This document shows, piece after piece, positions 47,744-60,479 of a stretch of 64,000 nucleotides of DNA. This DNA comes from Schmidtea nova (Eukaryota). Under the pieces are notes generated by a model. That model saw nothing but the letters and a program-made list of their open reading frames with translations, ran no database searches and had not been told where the DNA came from. Position numbers and translations under genes: made by a program. The stretch is taken from NCBI GenBank assembly GCA_044892505.1, contig CM097882.1, positions 265,918,001-265,982,000 on the forward strand, written 5' to 3'. Every line of letters starts with the position of its first letter. Within the stretch, counting starts at the first letter, position 1.

Positions 47744-50530
47744 AGTTGGATATTTAAATTAACTTGTGTTTAAATAATTGATTATTTGACACCTTAAAAT
47801 TTTAATTAAATAAATTTATGACGGAATTGAAGTTCTTTAAAACCGAGTTTGATTTAACTGGCGACCACGCCGAAAATCAGAATGTCAATGCAGTTTCAAA
47901 ATCAACAAAGTCGTTAATGGAATGCCTTCCAAAATCATGCCAAGAAATGCTCACACTGAACATACGATATGATGGACGAGGATCAAAAGAAGCAAAAGAA
48001 TGGATCAGGACATAGAAGAATGGCTGTTGATAAATGGACAGCAGAAGCTAAGACATTTCGGGGAAACGTCAGAGACAAAGAAACAACTGATGTGAAAGTC
48101 AAAAAATGGTTTATAAATACGTTCACAATTACGAAATCAATAACTGACAAAATCAGAGAATTGGCAATTCTGGAACACGAAGATGATGAACGCTTTGCTG
48201 CTTTTGAGATACGATTAAGGAAAGCTTTAGCTGAAATTATAAATTCAGGCCGATCAGAAGAATATATTGTTCAAGATCTCATCGCAAATAAAGCACGCGA
48301 TGCGAAACTGAGGGAGATATAATTGACGAAACCAGAAACAAAAGTTGAAGAAACGAGATCATTGCAAAGATTTTTGAGAGTAACAAAAGTGGAAGCAATA
48401 AAACTGAATTTATTAAAGCACAATCGGGCAAAGAACATATGCTAGCGTGAATGAGCGAGGGCAGATGAGAATTCAACAGAATACTCAAGATACCAGACCT
48501 ACATCATCACAAAGAAGACGATTAGAAGAGCCATTTAGTCATCACAAATCCAGAAGAGAGGAACATCATGTACGCGAATCAATACAATACGAAGAAAATA
48601 ATATTCGAAGCAATTAAGATCGTTTCTCGGAATAACGAATTACTATAGAAGATTCATTAAAGACTATGCCAAAATCGCATAACCATTATATGCCGCAACA
48701 TCTGGATGCGATAAAGATATAATTTGGACTAAAGAATGCAATCAAAATTTCCAAACACTGAAGGAACGGTTGTACGAGTCACTTATCCTTGATTATCTAA
48801 GAAAATAGCACATTTATCATAGACACAGACGCTAGCTTAAGAGCTATTGGAGCAGTTCTGAGCCAAATTAAAGAAGATAGAGAAGAATCTGTTATAGCTT
48901 ATGGTTCGAGAGATATAACATAACATGAAAAGGGTTACTGTGTAACCAGGAAAGAGTATGTTATACATTTTTAGAGAATATCTTTACGGGAAAAGATTCA
49001 TAATTCGCACCGACCACAAAGCATTGGTTTTCATGAGAACTACAAAAACACCAATCAGTCCGCAGTTTCAAACATGGTTAGCTAACCTGTTTGAATATGA
49101 TTTTGAACTAAAATATCGGAAAGGTGAAGAACATTCGAATGTAGATGAGCTATCAAGATTAAAAAGTATAATTTGTTCCCAGTGTCAAACAAGACATGAA
49201 GAAGCCAAGGACGATAAGTCAAAAATCATATACATTATCCAAAGAACAGAAGCTATGGAAAAATTATTGGAGCAACAGCAGGACATTAGGTTTCGAAAGA
49301 TATTGAAAAATGGATGCGCACAGGAAAAAAGAATTGTTTCCCAATTTACACAAAAATATACACGAATTGATGGATGATTTATAACAGTAGAAAAGAACAA
49401 AAATATTTTAATGTTAGTTACAGAAACCTTTGCAGGCTTATTGACAACAACCCTACATGAAGAACTATGTCATTTTGGAGTTAAGAAACTATTCCATTAT
49501 ATGTAAAAGATATGTTACTGGCCGAAGATGCAAGAAACAATTCAGCTCTATTTACGATGTTGTGATATCTTCTTTAAAAGAAAGATCGATCAGACAAGAA
49601 CCAAGGAAATATTTATCCCTAGGTGTAGTTCTGAATTCCTAGAACAGATTGTTATGGATGTGTCCTACACCATTAAAAATATGGTAGTAATGGTGGACTA
49701 GTTTAGTAAATTGATTTCTTTGACCCCAATTACAAAGCAAGACGAAGGTACAATTTTCAAGACGATACTTAATAGTTGAATCTATTGATTCGGAAAAATG
49801 ATGAGCATTTTAACAGATAGAGGCCGCTATTTCGAAGGGAATTTTCTAAGACAGAAACTAAAGAAACTTGCAATCAAGCATGAATTCAGCTTACCTTACC
49901 AGCACCAATCAAATGAATTAGCTGAACGAGCCATACGAACGGCAAGAGATCTTATTACAGCAACATTGGCAGGTGGGTATGAAGAGAGAAACTGGCATGA
50001 ACTTCTATTTAGAATAGAGTTCAGTATAAATTGCAGTCGAGAAAGTGCTACAGGTTTATCACCATTTGAGATAATTTATGGACGGAGTGTTAACCTGAAT
50101 TCAAACCTGAAACAATCAGAGATATCAAGAAGCGAATGGATGGGAGACGTGAGATATAACTCGAGTAAAGCCGCAGACACTGTGATGCTATGAATACGAC
50201 AAAGATAGGCACTCGTGTTTTTGAGGTGGGTGAGGAGGTTCTCGTACACAAAGAACTGCAAAACAGGCACAATGATAATATGCAGAACGATGACCCATAT
50301 AAAATCGTCATATTTCTATCACCTCATCGAGTCGAACTACACTAGCAAGAAGGAATGAAAGAAAGAAGAATCGAGGGGCTGAAGAAGTGGAAAAATCTTA
50401 TGAAGTGGAGAGTTGAATATTTAAAAAAAACCTGAGTTTAAATAATTGATTATTTAGCATTTTATATAAATTTTAAATTAAATAAATTTATGACGGAATT
50501 AAGTCTTTTAAAACCGATTTTGATTTAACT
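47744..50530 (+). mobile_element. Gypsy LTR retrotransposon with short LTRs (47744-47859, 50411-50530), internally deleted and decayed
   Basis: LTR termini AGTT...AACT; 4-bp TSD TTCT; PBS TGGCGACCACG; purine tract GAAGTGGAG before the 3' LTR. Gag YDGRGSKEAKEW; LRSFLGITNYYRRFIKDY; IDTDAS; RTDHKAL; HEELCHFG; QSNELAER. Protease and most of RT missing. Confidence 0.93.
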
Positions 50531-51559
50531 TTCTAAAACTCCATATTTTTCAATAATTCAATATATATATATATATAAATATAAATTACCATTATCCTTC
50601 CCACGAATATTATTCATTGATTATTTAAATAATGTTATATGTAACAATTAATGGCTGTTACGTTCATCTAAATATATAATTTTCTATGTAACAATATTTG
50701 GCTGTAACGCTAGTCTAAATGCATAATTTTTTAAGTATCAATGATTGGCTGTAACGCTACAAGATTGTGCAATTTTCAATAATTTAAACACAATTCTAAG
50801 TGCTACGAGTTGGTGACCATTTCAATTATTTAACAATAATTAATGTAAAGCTGAAATTTAAAAAGGCCGTCATTTTTGACTTATTATACATAGTTAATGA
50901 AATATTATTTATTGATTTAAGAATTCTCTTAAAATAAAAAAAAATATTTCTTATATCATGGAAATACTGTATTTTATTGTTGTAAAGTATAGTAAAGGGA
51001 GTGTTAAATATTCTCTATTTTTTCAACATATACGTTATATCAAAGGAAAAATGTTTCATGCATATACTTATACTTAGTAAATTTAAAAAATGCGACCGTT
51101 ATTTGACACGCTTGCTTCATAACTAGTATTTATTATTTAGCAGTTTATATACAAAATTGCATATAAAGAAAGCTATTATCTATTATTATGAAGAAAATAT
51201 AGTTAAAGCAAAATTATAATTTTAAAATATAAGATACATCTAAATATATAAAAAATTCTTTTTTTAACAAAATCCAAGTTATCATTCAAATCAATAATTG
51301 GTATTTCTTGCTGATTTTAATAAAACTAATTCAACACACACATACACATATTGACTTTGCTTAGGTGCTGCTTTACAAACATTATATTTTGATAGTCTTG
51401 TTAAGCTTAACATTTTGCACTTTCTGTTAAGTTTTTTGGTTCACTTGAAATTTTTGGCTACTTTAAATTTTGTTAATAACTTGTTTAAAATTTAAAATAT
51501 TGATATAGTTATAGTATTTTTGGGATTATACATAATCGTACAAAATTCAATAGAAATGG

Positions 51560-51800
51560 AAAAAGTGGGAACTAATTGAGTGTCCCTGGGTGGGGCCAGA
51601 GCAAAAATAAAAATTAATTAAATTATTAATCTCATTAATCATCAAGGTAATCCCATCAATTATTGTGGGAAGGCAAATTATCAGATTTGACAATCTGGAA
51701 AAACCTACATACAGAATTGAAATATATTAGAATATGGGTTTAAGATCGGTTCAAATATCTAACTTCTCGTGTCCTTTTTAATTAATCGAAAAACAATAAA
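51560..51800 (+). mobile_element. Possible retroelement protease-region remnant
   Basis: LINHQGNPINYCGKANYQI resembles the G..I...G protease flap region; stops present. Confidence 0.3.
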
Positions 51801-51979
51801 ACCCCAACACAGAATATTTTATTGAATGGAAACCACTGATACAATTCGTCATTGAAATAAACTCTTTTTAATCTATACAATTTACACTCTCAATAATTTG
51901 CACTTTCTCACGTTCCCGCTTTGATTCACGTTACGGCGTAAAATCCAAGAAGTAATAGCCTCTTCTGGTACGTTTTGTT

Positions 51980-53420
51980 TAACTGGATTTTATTAAAATC
52001 TTTTGTCACTTCTCTTTACTATCTTTACAAACTCAATATTTATCTGTTTAATGTTCTTCTCGACTACTTTCGATTTAACCAACTGACACCAATAATTTAA
52101 GTTTTATAATATTTCTAACTCCGCGACAATATTTCCAATTTTCCCTCTCGACCATTGGCCTTTTTTTCTTTTTTGGCTGCCCTTTTATACACATAACACA
52201 TTCAAAGGATAGAAGGTTCTTACAATCAATCCTGGGTGAACTAGCTCTGCGCTTTCCGAATTCCATCGGATCGATAATAGGTTGGGCTTGGATTCCAACA
52301 TAGGCGATCGTGATATAGAAATATTTCATGGAACACAATGGTCTCTGTCCACGGTGACTTTGACTTCCAATCTCCATAAAAAGTTCCACGGCTTTTTCGG
52401 GTAGTCTATCGCCTCACCGGTGTAGATGTTTCTTGGCTGGTCCAGCAGGATATAACCTAGCCGGTTCAAGATATGTAGTTTGATGGGTTGTAGGAGTAGC
52501 AACCAATGAGGGGTGCCGTGCTCATTCTTGATCTCCAAGAACCAATGGGTACGCCTGGTTTTGGGAGTCTCTCCGGTTAAGGGCCAACTCGGTCCTCTTT
52601 CCCATTTTATTTCAAAATCATCGCCGTTCCAAGTGCCTTTCGGAGTCAATGAATTAAATTTACGCTTCCAGTGTCGGATGTGGCGTTGTACCTCCTTTTG
52701 TACAGAACTTGGAACGCCGTCATAAATTGTAGCTTTGTGGAAAGCTCCCCTCCCTTTCTCTGACCCGGCCCGTCGGATGCAATGAATGCGGAAATGAAAG
52801 TGTCGTAATTATCCTCTTGCAATCAGGTATATATCTTTAATTATTTTTCCGAAATAATTCATGACTGCGATTGATAACGGCACCATTTGTCCACTTTCTG
52901 ATTTGCCATATTCTGCGTCAATAAACAATATTTTGTTTCTTATTTCTTCCTGGTTTAATTCTTTTGTAATGAAAGATAATCTTCAATTCCGAATCAATTT
53001 GTGGAATCTCTTGCCTGTCGTTTCTGAATCTTGTTTCCAGAAAAATTAACGCGTCTTCATGTGCTGCTCTCAACCTTTTCTTTAATGCTTCTTCTCGCAT
53101 TTTCCACTATGAACCTTGGTGCAGCTCCCATCATCTCTGCTGATTTTCGTCTATTATTTCTACTCTTCCTTTTACCACGCTTTTTTATTTACTCTTATGA
53201 TTCTTGTTTTTATCCTACTATCGTCAATTCTCAGGTAATTTAGAATTTTTGTATTATCATAATTGTGAAACGGACCTTGTCCCATATAATTTTGGTGTAG
53301 TCATATTCCTCCTTTGGGATAGGCTGAAATCGAATTATTCTCGCCGGTTCCCAGTCGTTTCCAGGAAATCGTGCGAACCAAGTGGCATTCTCCAAGCTAT
53401 AGGTATGTTCGACGTATATT
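51980..53420 (-). pseudogene. Long decayed ORF containing a DEDD-superfamily 3'-5' exonuclease-like domain
   Basis: KILFIDAEYG...VPLSIAVMNYFGKIIKDIYL...RHFHFRIHCI (ExoI DxE at 52919, then the T/R-x-HGI-like motif); frame stays open into ORF 52326-52649; upstream pieces are frameshifted. Confidence 0.55.
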
Positions 53421-54779
53421 AGTCAAAGTTGACTCCCTAACAATTAGATTTCATTTTGGCCACTGTCCCATTTGGTAAACGGTGACTTGCTATTCCGTTC
53501 TCTGTGCCATTTCATCATAGTGACTTCAACCTGCATTAAAATCTCGTGAGATTAGGGTTTCATGGCTCCTAATACCCTGGGTTTCTGGTAAGTCATTCTC
53601 CTATAATTGATTAAGGGTTTCCTGAACCCGATTGATGGGCGAATGTCGTGACATGGTGTTGAGTTGTTTGCGATTTGCATTATTAGAATTTTCTAAATTT
53701 AGTTGAAGATAATTAAATGAGTGATCTCACGAATGAAAACGTTTATACAAGTAAGAATAACAATTGACCGTGTAGATTCCATGTAATTAGAGTGAGATAC
53801 ATTAAATTGACTTTGACCTGTCGTTTGGTATATAGATTCTGAGGTCAGAATTTCGAACGAAGTGATTACCGGTATTATATCGGTGTATTGCACTATATTT
53901 ATGTTCTATGTTAATCATCATCACGATGGTGATTGTTGACGCCTCTAAATTGAAATTCGTATTTTGATTTTTACTCACCTGGGGGACATTTTTTTCTTTT
54001 CTAAGTCTTCGATTTTTAGGATCGCATTATATTAATACCATCACTATCTATACGCAACTTAATGACTCCTTTCCTTATTGACTCTAACCTTTTACATGAA
54101 TCCTCTCTCAGTCGAAAATATCCCTTAATCATATCGAAAAAGATTCTTTGGATTATTCCATTGCTGACGAAACGGCGCAACTCATAAGTCGCGACGGCTT
54201 CCATGAAATTTACGGCTTGTCACCGCGAAGACTCAGAAACATTATTTGTGAATGGAAAAATGAGGATTTATTTACTCAATTGAGTTATTTAAACAATAGA
54301 AAGTGTTTATTATTTCTAAATACCTATTTTCAAATATATATTTTTAAATTCACTAATTTTAGAGAAAAAACTATTTTGTTTTATTACATTACATTATTGG
54401 TTTAAAATTATAAGTTATATTCACATTTCAAATATGGGAATAATATATTCAACAATGATCAATGTAATAGCATCGATCATAAGGTTATTTCTTTTTAAAC
54501 GTTTTTATTATTATTAAATGATATTATTATTTTTTCTAGTAAATTTTCATTATCAATTTGAATCGTTCTAAAGAGTCAGAGAAAATAAGGAACCGATAAG
54601 GAATAATTTAAGCACAAAAGACGTAGAGCTTACTAGAAAATGTGAAAACAAAATTACATCAAAAAATAATACTAATTTACACATTAATGTTAAATTATTT
54701 AAATAGAGATAGATAAAGATAGATAGATAGTAACACTTATCATTTCGAAAACACTTTTAAGATTGAAATAAATATTATA

Positions 54780-56000
54780 TGATATCACAGAAGATGTTGG
54801 GAAATGGTGCCATACTTGTGAAATATGCCTAACTTGTCGAAATACAGGTAGAAAATAGAAGTTCGTCAAAAAAAGTATACTGGTTACCGAAGCTGCAACG
54901 GAAATAACATCAATGTACATTTCTGGTCCATTACCTGGAACAAATAATGGCAACAAACATATCATTGTATTTTGTGATTATAAAACTATAAATTTCCAGA
55001 AGTTTATCCATTGCAAAAGCAAAAGGCGGAAACAGTTGCAAACATCTTTGTAGAAAATATTATCTTCCATATGGAGCTCCAAAGAAATTATTCAAAGAAA
55101 AAGGAAAAACTTTTCAAAGTGATTTATTAAGCGGTTACATTACCGAAATATTTCGAATAATAAAATCATCGTATCACCCTCAAGTAGGCGGTCTAGTTGA
55201 AAGATTTTAGGGAACATTCATAATGTTCACCTACAGTCGGGAACAAATTAATAGGGACACTATCATTTTTCTCCGTTTTCCCAAATAACGAGATACATCT
55301 TGTAGTAATCGAGTTAAAACCAACACACAATACATGTTATATGCAAAGCAGAAATCATAATATTGATAAAATGTTTTTAAAATTTAAATAGAAAACAAAG
55401 GTATCAGGACAATATCCCATCGGACAATACCCTCCTGGACAATATCATCTGAACAATATCCCCCATGGACAATACCCACCTTGGACAATCTCAAACCAGA
55501 AAAATTCCCAACATCAATTAATTTAATATTAAAAATTCATTTAACCTAAATATTGCAGTATTGGTTTCGTTTGCGCATTTAGGGCGAAATTAAACTAAAT
55601 ATTGTAGTTTTTTGGTCATTGATTTTGGGAATTTTACAGGGTGGAAATTGTTCAGGGGGTATTGACCGGAGAGATATTGTCCGGGGGATATTGTCTAAGA
55701 GGGTAATTGTCTAAGGGTATATTGTTAGTAGGATGTTGTCGGAGGTATATTGTCCTAGAACTGAAAAAAAACATTTGAATTTATTCACTAAAAATATTTA
55801 CTTACAATTCAAAATACAATGAATAGCAGTACCGATGAAGCATCTTTCAATCTCATGTATTTACGACGAATTAATATGCCAATTATCGTAAAAACTACAA
55901 CGACTGTTTAAAGGATCATATTTAGTATGTGATACAACAAAGACTAATCTAAAATTACGTCCACAAAACAATAAACAGGCTGGAACAATTACATAGGACA
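54780..56000 (+). mobile_element. pol: Decayed Gypsy integrase, interrupted by a MITE
   Basis: WCHTCEICL; SGPLPGTNNGNKHIIV; FPEVYPL..QKAETVA; YHPQVGGLVERF; KLQRLFKGSY (GPY/F) after the MITE. Confidence 0.8.
55400..55762. mobile_element. MULE-type MITE with GGACAAT subterminal arrays
   Basis: Ends GGTATCAGGACAATA / TATTGTCCTAGAACT; inverted GGACAAT/ATTGTCC arrays; 9-bp TSD GAAAACAAA/GAAAAAAAA. Confidence 0.75.
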
Positions 56001-56531
56001 ACAAAGATTTTTCTAGTGTTTGAGATATCAGATGCGATTTTGTATAATTTTGATACGCTGAATTCAAAAATAATATCGAATTTTATGCATCAAGTCCAGT
56101 TTTCTTGCTACGCTTACTCTACCTACGGATAGATATTCCAAAAGGCAACAAAATAATACCACAAGCACAGCTTTTATTCAATTATAATTATAATATTATT
56201 CTAACAAATTGATTAGAAAATGAAAATTGTTAATGGTTCGGTAAAAATCTTCGCCTTTTTCTTTTGTGCTGGTTGTTCAGACAGTCACGTTTAATTGTCC
56301 GACATAATTTTGGCACCTCATCTTCCTTTATATCTAAAATACAATTTCATTAGCAATATTAATGCTATTTTAAAATAAATATTGTAACTAATTTGTTCCT
56401 ACCTTTCTTCCATGATTTTTATGTCATGATGGAAACGTTCACTTTGTCACTTGCGATCTATTTAAATCACCCACTGATTTCGGTAATATTTTGTTTTCTG
56501 CAGCACAAATTAAATATTTTCATATGTTTCT

Positions 56532-56810
56532 GCAGGGGTTGGCTGGAGCTGGCTCGGTTTGGCTCTTGCGAGCCGATTGTTAAAACTTTTGAAACTCGGC
56601 GAGCCGCTTNNNNNNNNNNNNNNNNNNNNNNNNNNNNNNNNNNNNNNNNNNNNNNNNNNNNNNNNNNNNNNNNNNNNNNNNNNNNNNNNNNNNNNNNNNN
56701 NNNNNNNNNNNNNNNNNNNNNNNNNNNNNNNNNNNNNNNNNNNNNNNAAATGAAGACAATGTACTCATTTACCGTTTTTTTCTTCGAAATATTAGCGAGC
56801 CGGTTGTTCA
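56532..56810. mobile_element. hAT-like MITE remnant spanning a gap
   Basis: CAGGGGTTGGCTGGAGCTGGCTC start and GCGAGCCG repeats on both sides of the N-gap. Confidence 0.4.
56610..56747. other. Assembly gap
   Basis: Run of N. Confidence 1.
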
Positions 56811-56819
56811 AAATTTGGC

Positions 56820-57090
56820 CGTCCACATCTGTTTCTGGCATTTTTGTAGAATGATCAATTGGAATCGAACCATAAACATTGCCTATTTGAAGAAGAACGC
56901 ATTTCAAACTTCATTTGCAACTATTGCTAAATAGGCGCCATTCTTCTTGCCTGTATTTTTAGTGCCCATTTCCAAAGGAAGGCGTTCAACATTATTAAAA
57001 GATACAAAGTTATCCTTGGTGAAAAAAGGTATAAAGTTGATGTTTCTTCGCTTTCCTTGAGTCCATTGTTGGAGATACTCTGCGCACATT
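56820..57090 (-). mobile_element. Chapaev-type (CMC superfamily) transposase fragment
   Basis: FFTKDNFV...EEWRLFSNSCK*SLKCVLLQIGNVYGSIPIDHSTKM matches the WRLFIDSS..SLKxVLLHNGN..SIP..HS motif. Confidence 0.8.
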
Positions 57091-57108
57091 TTGTATATAA
57101 TTTGTGGC

Positions 57109-57210
57109 TAGTGCATCCAATACCGGTATTACCGATACCGGAATTCCGGTATTACCGGACTTTTTCCTCCCGATTGGGTTGGCTCAATACCGGTATTTCG
57201 GTATTGGATA
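57109..57210. mobile_element. DNA-transposon end with ATACCGG subterminal repeats
   Basis: TAGTGCATCCAATACCGGTATTACCGATACCGGAATTCCGGTATTACCGG. Confidence 0.45.
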
Positions 57211-59268
57211 TATAAAAAATATTTGAAATTATTTCCCAATTTAATTAAAAAATATAATATTAATAAGATATTGCTTTTTTAACTGAAAATAAATTAGACT
57301 TTTCATAACTAAATTGACGAATGCAGGGCTATTATTGGTTTTGCGAGACTGTTTATGCCAGACTAAAAATTGCAAAATTCATGACCAATTACAATTTTTA
57401 CTGACTAAATTTATTAATTCCTGACTATTTCATTAGCAACTAGTGTTTAAAAAGACAAATGTCTCAATTATGTCTTCATAACTGATGCAAAAACTTTATG
57501 TCTAATAGATTATTAGGCATAAAGTTTTCTAAGTAATTATAATTACTTTAAATAGAAAAAGACTGCATTTTGAATTGTATTTTACCCACGCAAATAAACT
57601 TAAAGTTTTTTTCTGTAACGGAATTCCCTTACAGAAAAAAACTTTCGAGTACTCGACAAACTAGCCTCTGATAAATATATAGAGGCTTGCATAGCGTGTT
57701 TTTTTTCCAGAAATTTGAACTGGTCCAATAATAATGTAGAAAGGCTTTTTTATGAATGTGTTTTTATTTATTTATTGACTTTTCAATTTGAAACCATCGC
57801 AAATATTTTTTGACAAATCAAAATGATTTTAATCGGTCCACGAATACAACAGTGCCACATAATATGCTTATTATATTTAACTTATTATTTTAATTTAGTA
57901 AATTGTTCATTTGTTTTAAAATTGAGCGTTTTTTATTACAATAGCTATTTGTAGTGAATTTTTTTAGTTTTTTTAAACTCATGCATTTATTTTGCAAAAA
58001 AATATTTTTTCAATGAATGTTGTACAAATTAAAACAGTTTTTGTAACAATTGTGAGTTTCTTATCTAGATCGTCATATAATTTGAAGTCTAAAAAATATA
58101 AAAAATAATCAAGATGTTATTTTGGCATGATTTTAAAATTAATTTTGATTTGGATCTTTAAAAATAAATCCCATTAACCAACATTATCTAGTTTGCGATG
58201 TGTTAGATTTTTTCATTTTATTGACCCGAATTTCAGAAACATACTTTTAAATTCAACAATAACAATAAATAATAATTTAATACTCAAATTGAAAAAAATT
58301 GGCAACCTGTTTTAATCTGCAGTCTTTCTTTCACATCTTTATGATTGCGCATTCGAGTTCGAGTACGTAGTATCCAGTTGGCAAAAGTTCATGAAATTTT
58401 TATCACAATGCAAGAATTCACTTTTATTGGTAATTCCGATTGAAATTCATTTAAATAAATACTTCTACGTTAGTTACTTCACTCTTCGCATTGAAATAGT
58501 AAGGATATTTTGTCTGAAAAATTTAATTTCTTCTAGATTTTTCAAGATTTTTCTTCAAAGAAAAATTACCATAAAATATTTTTTTGGAAATGAGTTTACG
58601 AGTCGATTATCGATCTCCATTAAACTCAAAATTCCGAGTAAACTACTTGACCAATTTCAAGATGATGCATATCATTAGTCTCTAAAACATGTGCCTCATA
58701 TTTTGGCCAAAAGATATTTTGTAAAAATATAGATTATAAATAGTTTGTTTTTCCCAGCGACAGAAACATTATATCAACATAATTTTACATCGTTAGACTC
58801 ATAATCAAATGAGCTTTGAGCAGATATAAAAACTTTGCAAAATACTATTGATTTTTATTTTTTCACACACTGCACTTTTAGTTTTTCATAGGTGCTCTAA
58901 ACTATTTTCGTGAATATTGTACATCATTAGACTTGTAAATAAATTCTTTACAAAGACGTATATATATTTTTGTGTAAATATTGATTTTTCAGTTTTGCAC
59001 CTTTTGCACTTTGACATTTTTACAAGTTCTATAAATATTTTTCAACATATTTTTACATCATTCAACTCGTAATCGTGTATACTACAAAGTCATATCATTA
59101 CTTTTATGAAATTATTTATTTTCAAATTTTTCAAATTTTCATTTACTAATTTTAATTATTTTCAAAATATTTTTACATCAATGTATTCAACAAGTAAATA
59201 ATTTGTAAACGTGTATTGAAACAAACACAATAATCAATCAAAACACACGTAATTTTAGAATTTATTAA

Positions 59269-59578
59269 CTAAAATATTAATAGTTTGTATTCAATGCATT
59301 CTTGACAATTGAAAGGACAAACAAATGTCTTGAGTAATTTGGCTTGCTTTTTGTATCCATGTAGCATTAGTTTATGAAGATATATAATACGTTCGACATT
59401 GATTCCAGTGGCTTGATAGATTTTGGTACTAGCAAGTTCTGGAGCACAATTTAATATTTCATCCTTAATATCAAGATAAATCTGAGCAATTTAATTAATA
59501 AGGACTTCAATCTGAAATGCTAGACAAAATTAAAATAATAAAGTAAAAATTTTTACCAATATCTGAAACTTGAGACAT
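59269..59578 (-). pseudogene. Small about 90-aa gene with a 37-nt intron and a C-terminal CxxxCxxC cluster; one premature stop
   Basis: MSQVSDI|AFQIEVLIN*IAQIYLDIKDEILNCAPELAS...FVCPFNCQECIEYKLLIF; GT..AG intron 59556-59520; TATAAATA about 35 nt upstream; AATAAA just after the stop. Confidence 0.5.
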
Positions 59579-59619
59579 TGTAAAAAAATGTAAAGTGTGA
59601 AATATTTCTCTGTATTTAT

Positions 59620-60041
59620 AGTTTTTATGAACAATTTTTTTTACCATCCAATCAAAGTTGAGAGTTTTTATACCAAGTATAACTATTTTTCCACTGGAAA
59701 ATAAATTTATACATAATGGTTTGTAATTACAAAGTCTTAAAGCAGGAAATATTTCTGGTTCATATATGCAATTTGTTTTCTTTGATAGATAATGTAAACT
59801 ATTTTTTTTCTCCAATATCCACATTAACTGTACATGATTGAAGACGAACATCTTTAATGTCATAGTGTATGCTTTCTAGGGGTTTCTTGCAACCCATTAT
59901 CCTACATTTACCAGATTTAAAAAATAAAATTGTATATTTTTCTTTTTTGTCTATAATCTGTTGGGGTTTCAATCTTGGAAATCTCATGTTTTGTACAACT
60001 TTCATTGGAACGCGTCCTTTATAATTAATATTAACCAACAT
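59620..60041 (-). pseudogene. Compact TATA-binding-protein-like gene, frameshift in an A8 run near 59805
   Basis: Two TBP-fold repeats: YTILFFKSGKCRIMGCK and YEPEIFPAL...CINLFSSGKIVILGIK; no N-terminal extension; far from canonical TBP. Confidence 0.8.
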
Positions 60042-60479
60042 TTCTGAAACTTGTTATTATTTAATTGATGTTTAAACAAACATTTTATTAATTATGTTGT
60101 TATGCTTTTGGTTTCTTTGTAATTTTTTAAAAAAATATAAAGACAATAAATTAAAGACACATCTTTTAAAAATTATAATTATTATAACAATACAACTAAT
60201 TATTAACTCTACCGCCTAAGATCTTCCAACCAGGTAAGATGGCAGAACTTGGAGCTATTTTGTAACCTTGAATACGGACGATTAAGTTCCATTTATAGTT
60301 TTCTTTGAAATGTATCTGAGTATTTTCTTCAAAAAGCTTTGTTAATGGACCACCGATGAATGCACCATCTTCACCTAATAATAGTTGTTTGTTGATTCGA
60401 CTAAATAACGTTCTAATTGTCTCTCAATCTTCTAGCTCGAAATCTTCTATCCAGTAATTGTAACTAGTCTTCACTAAGG

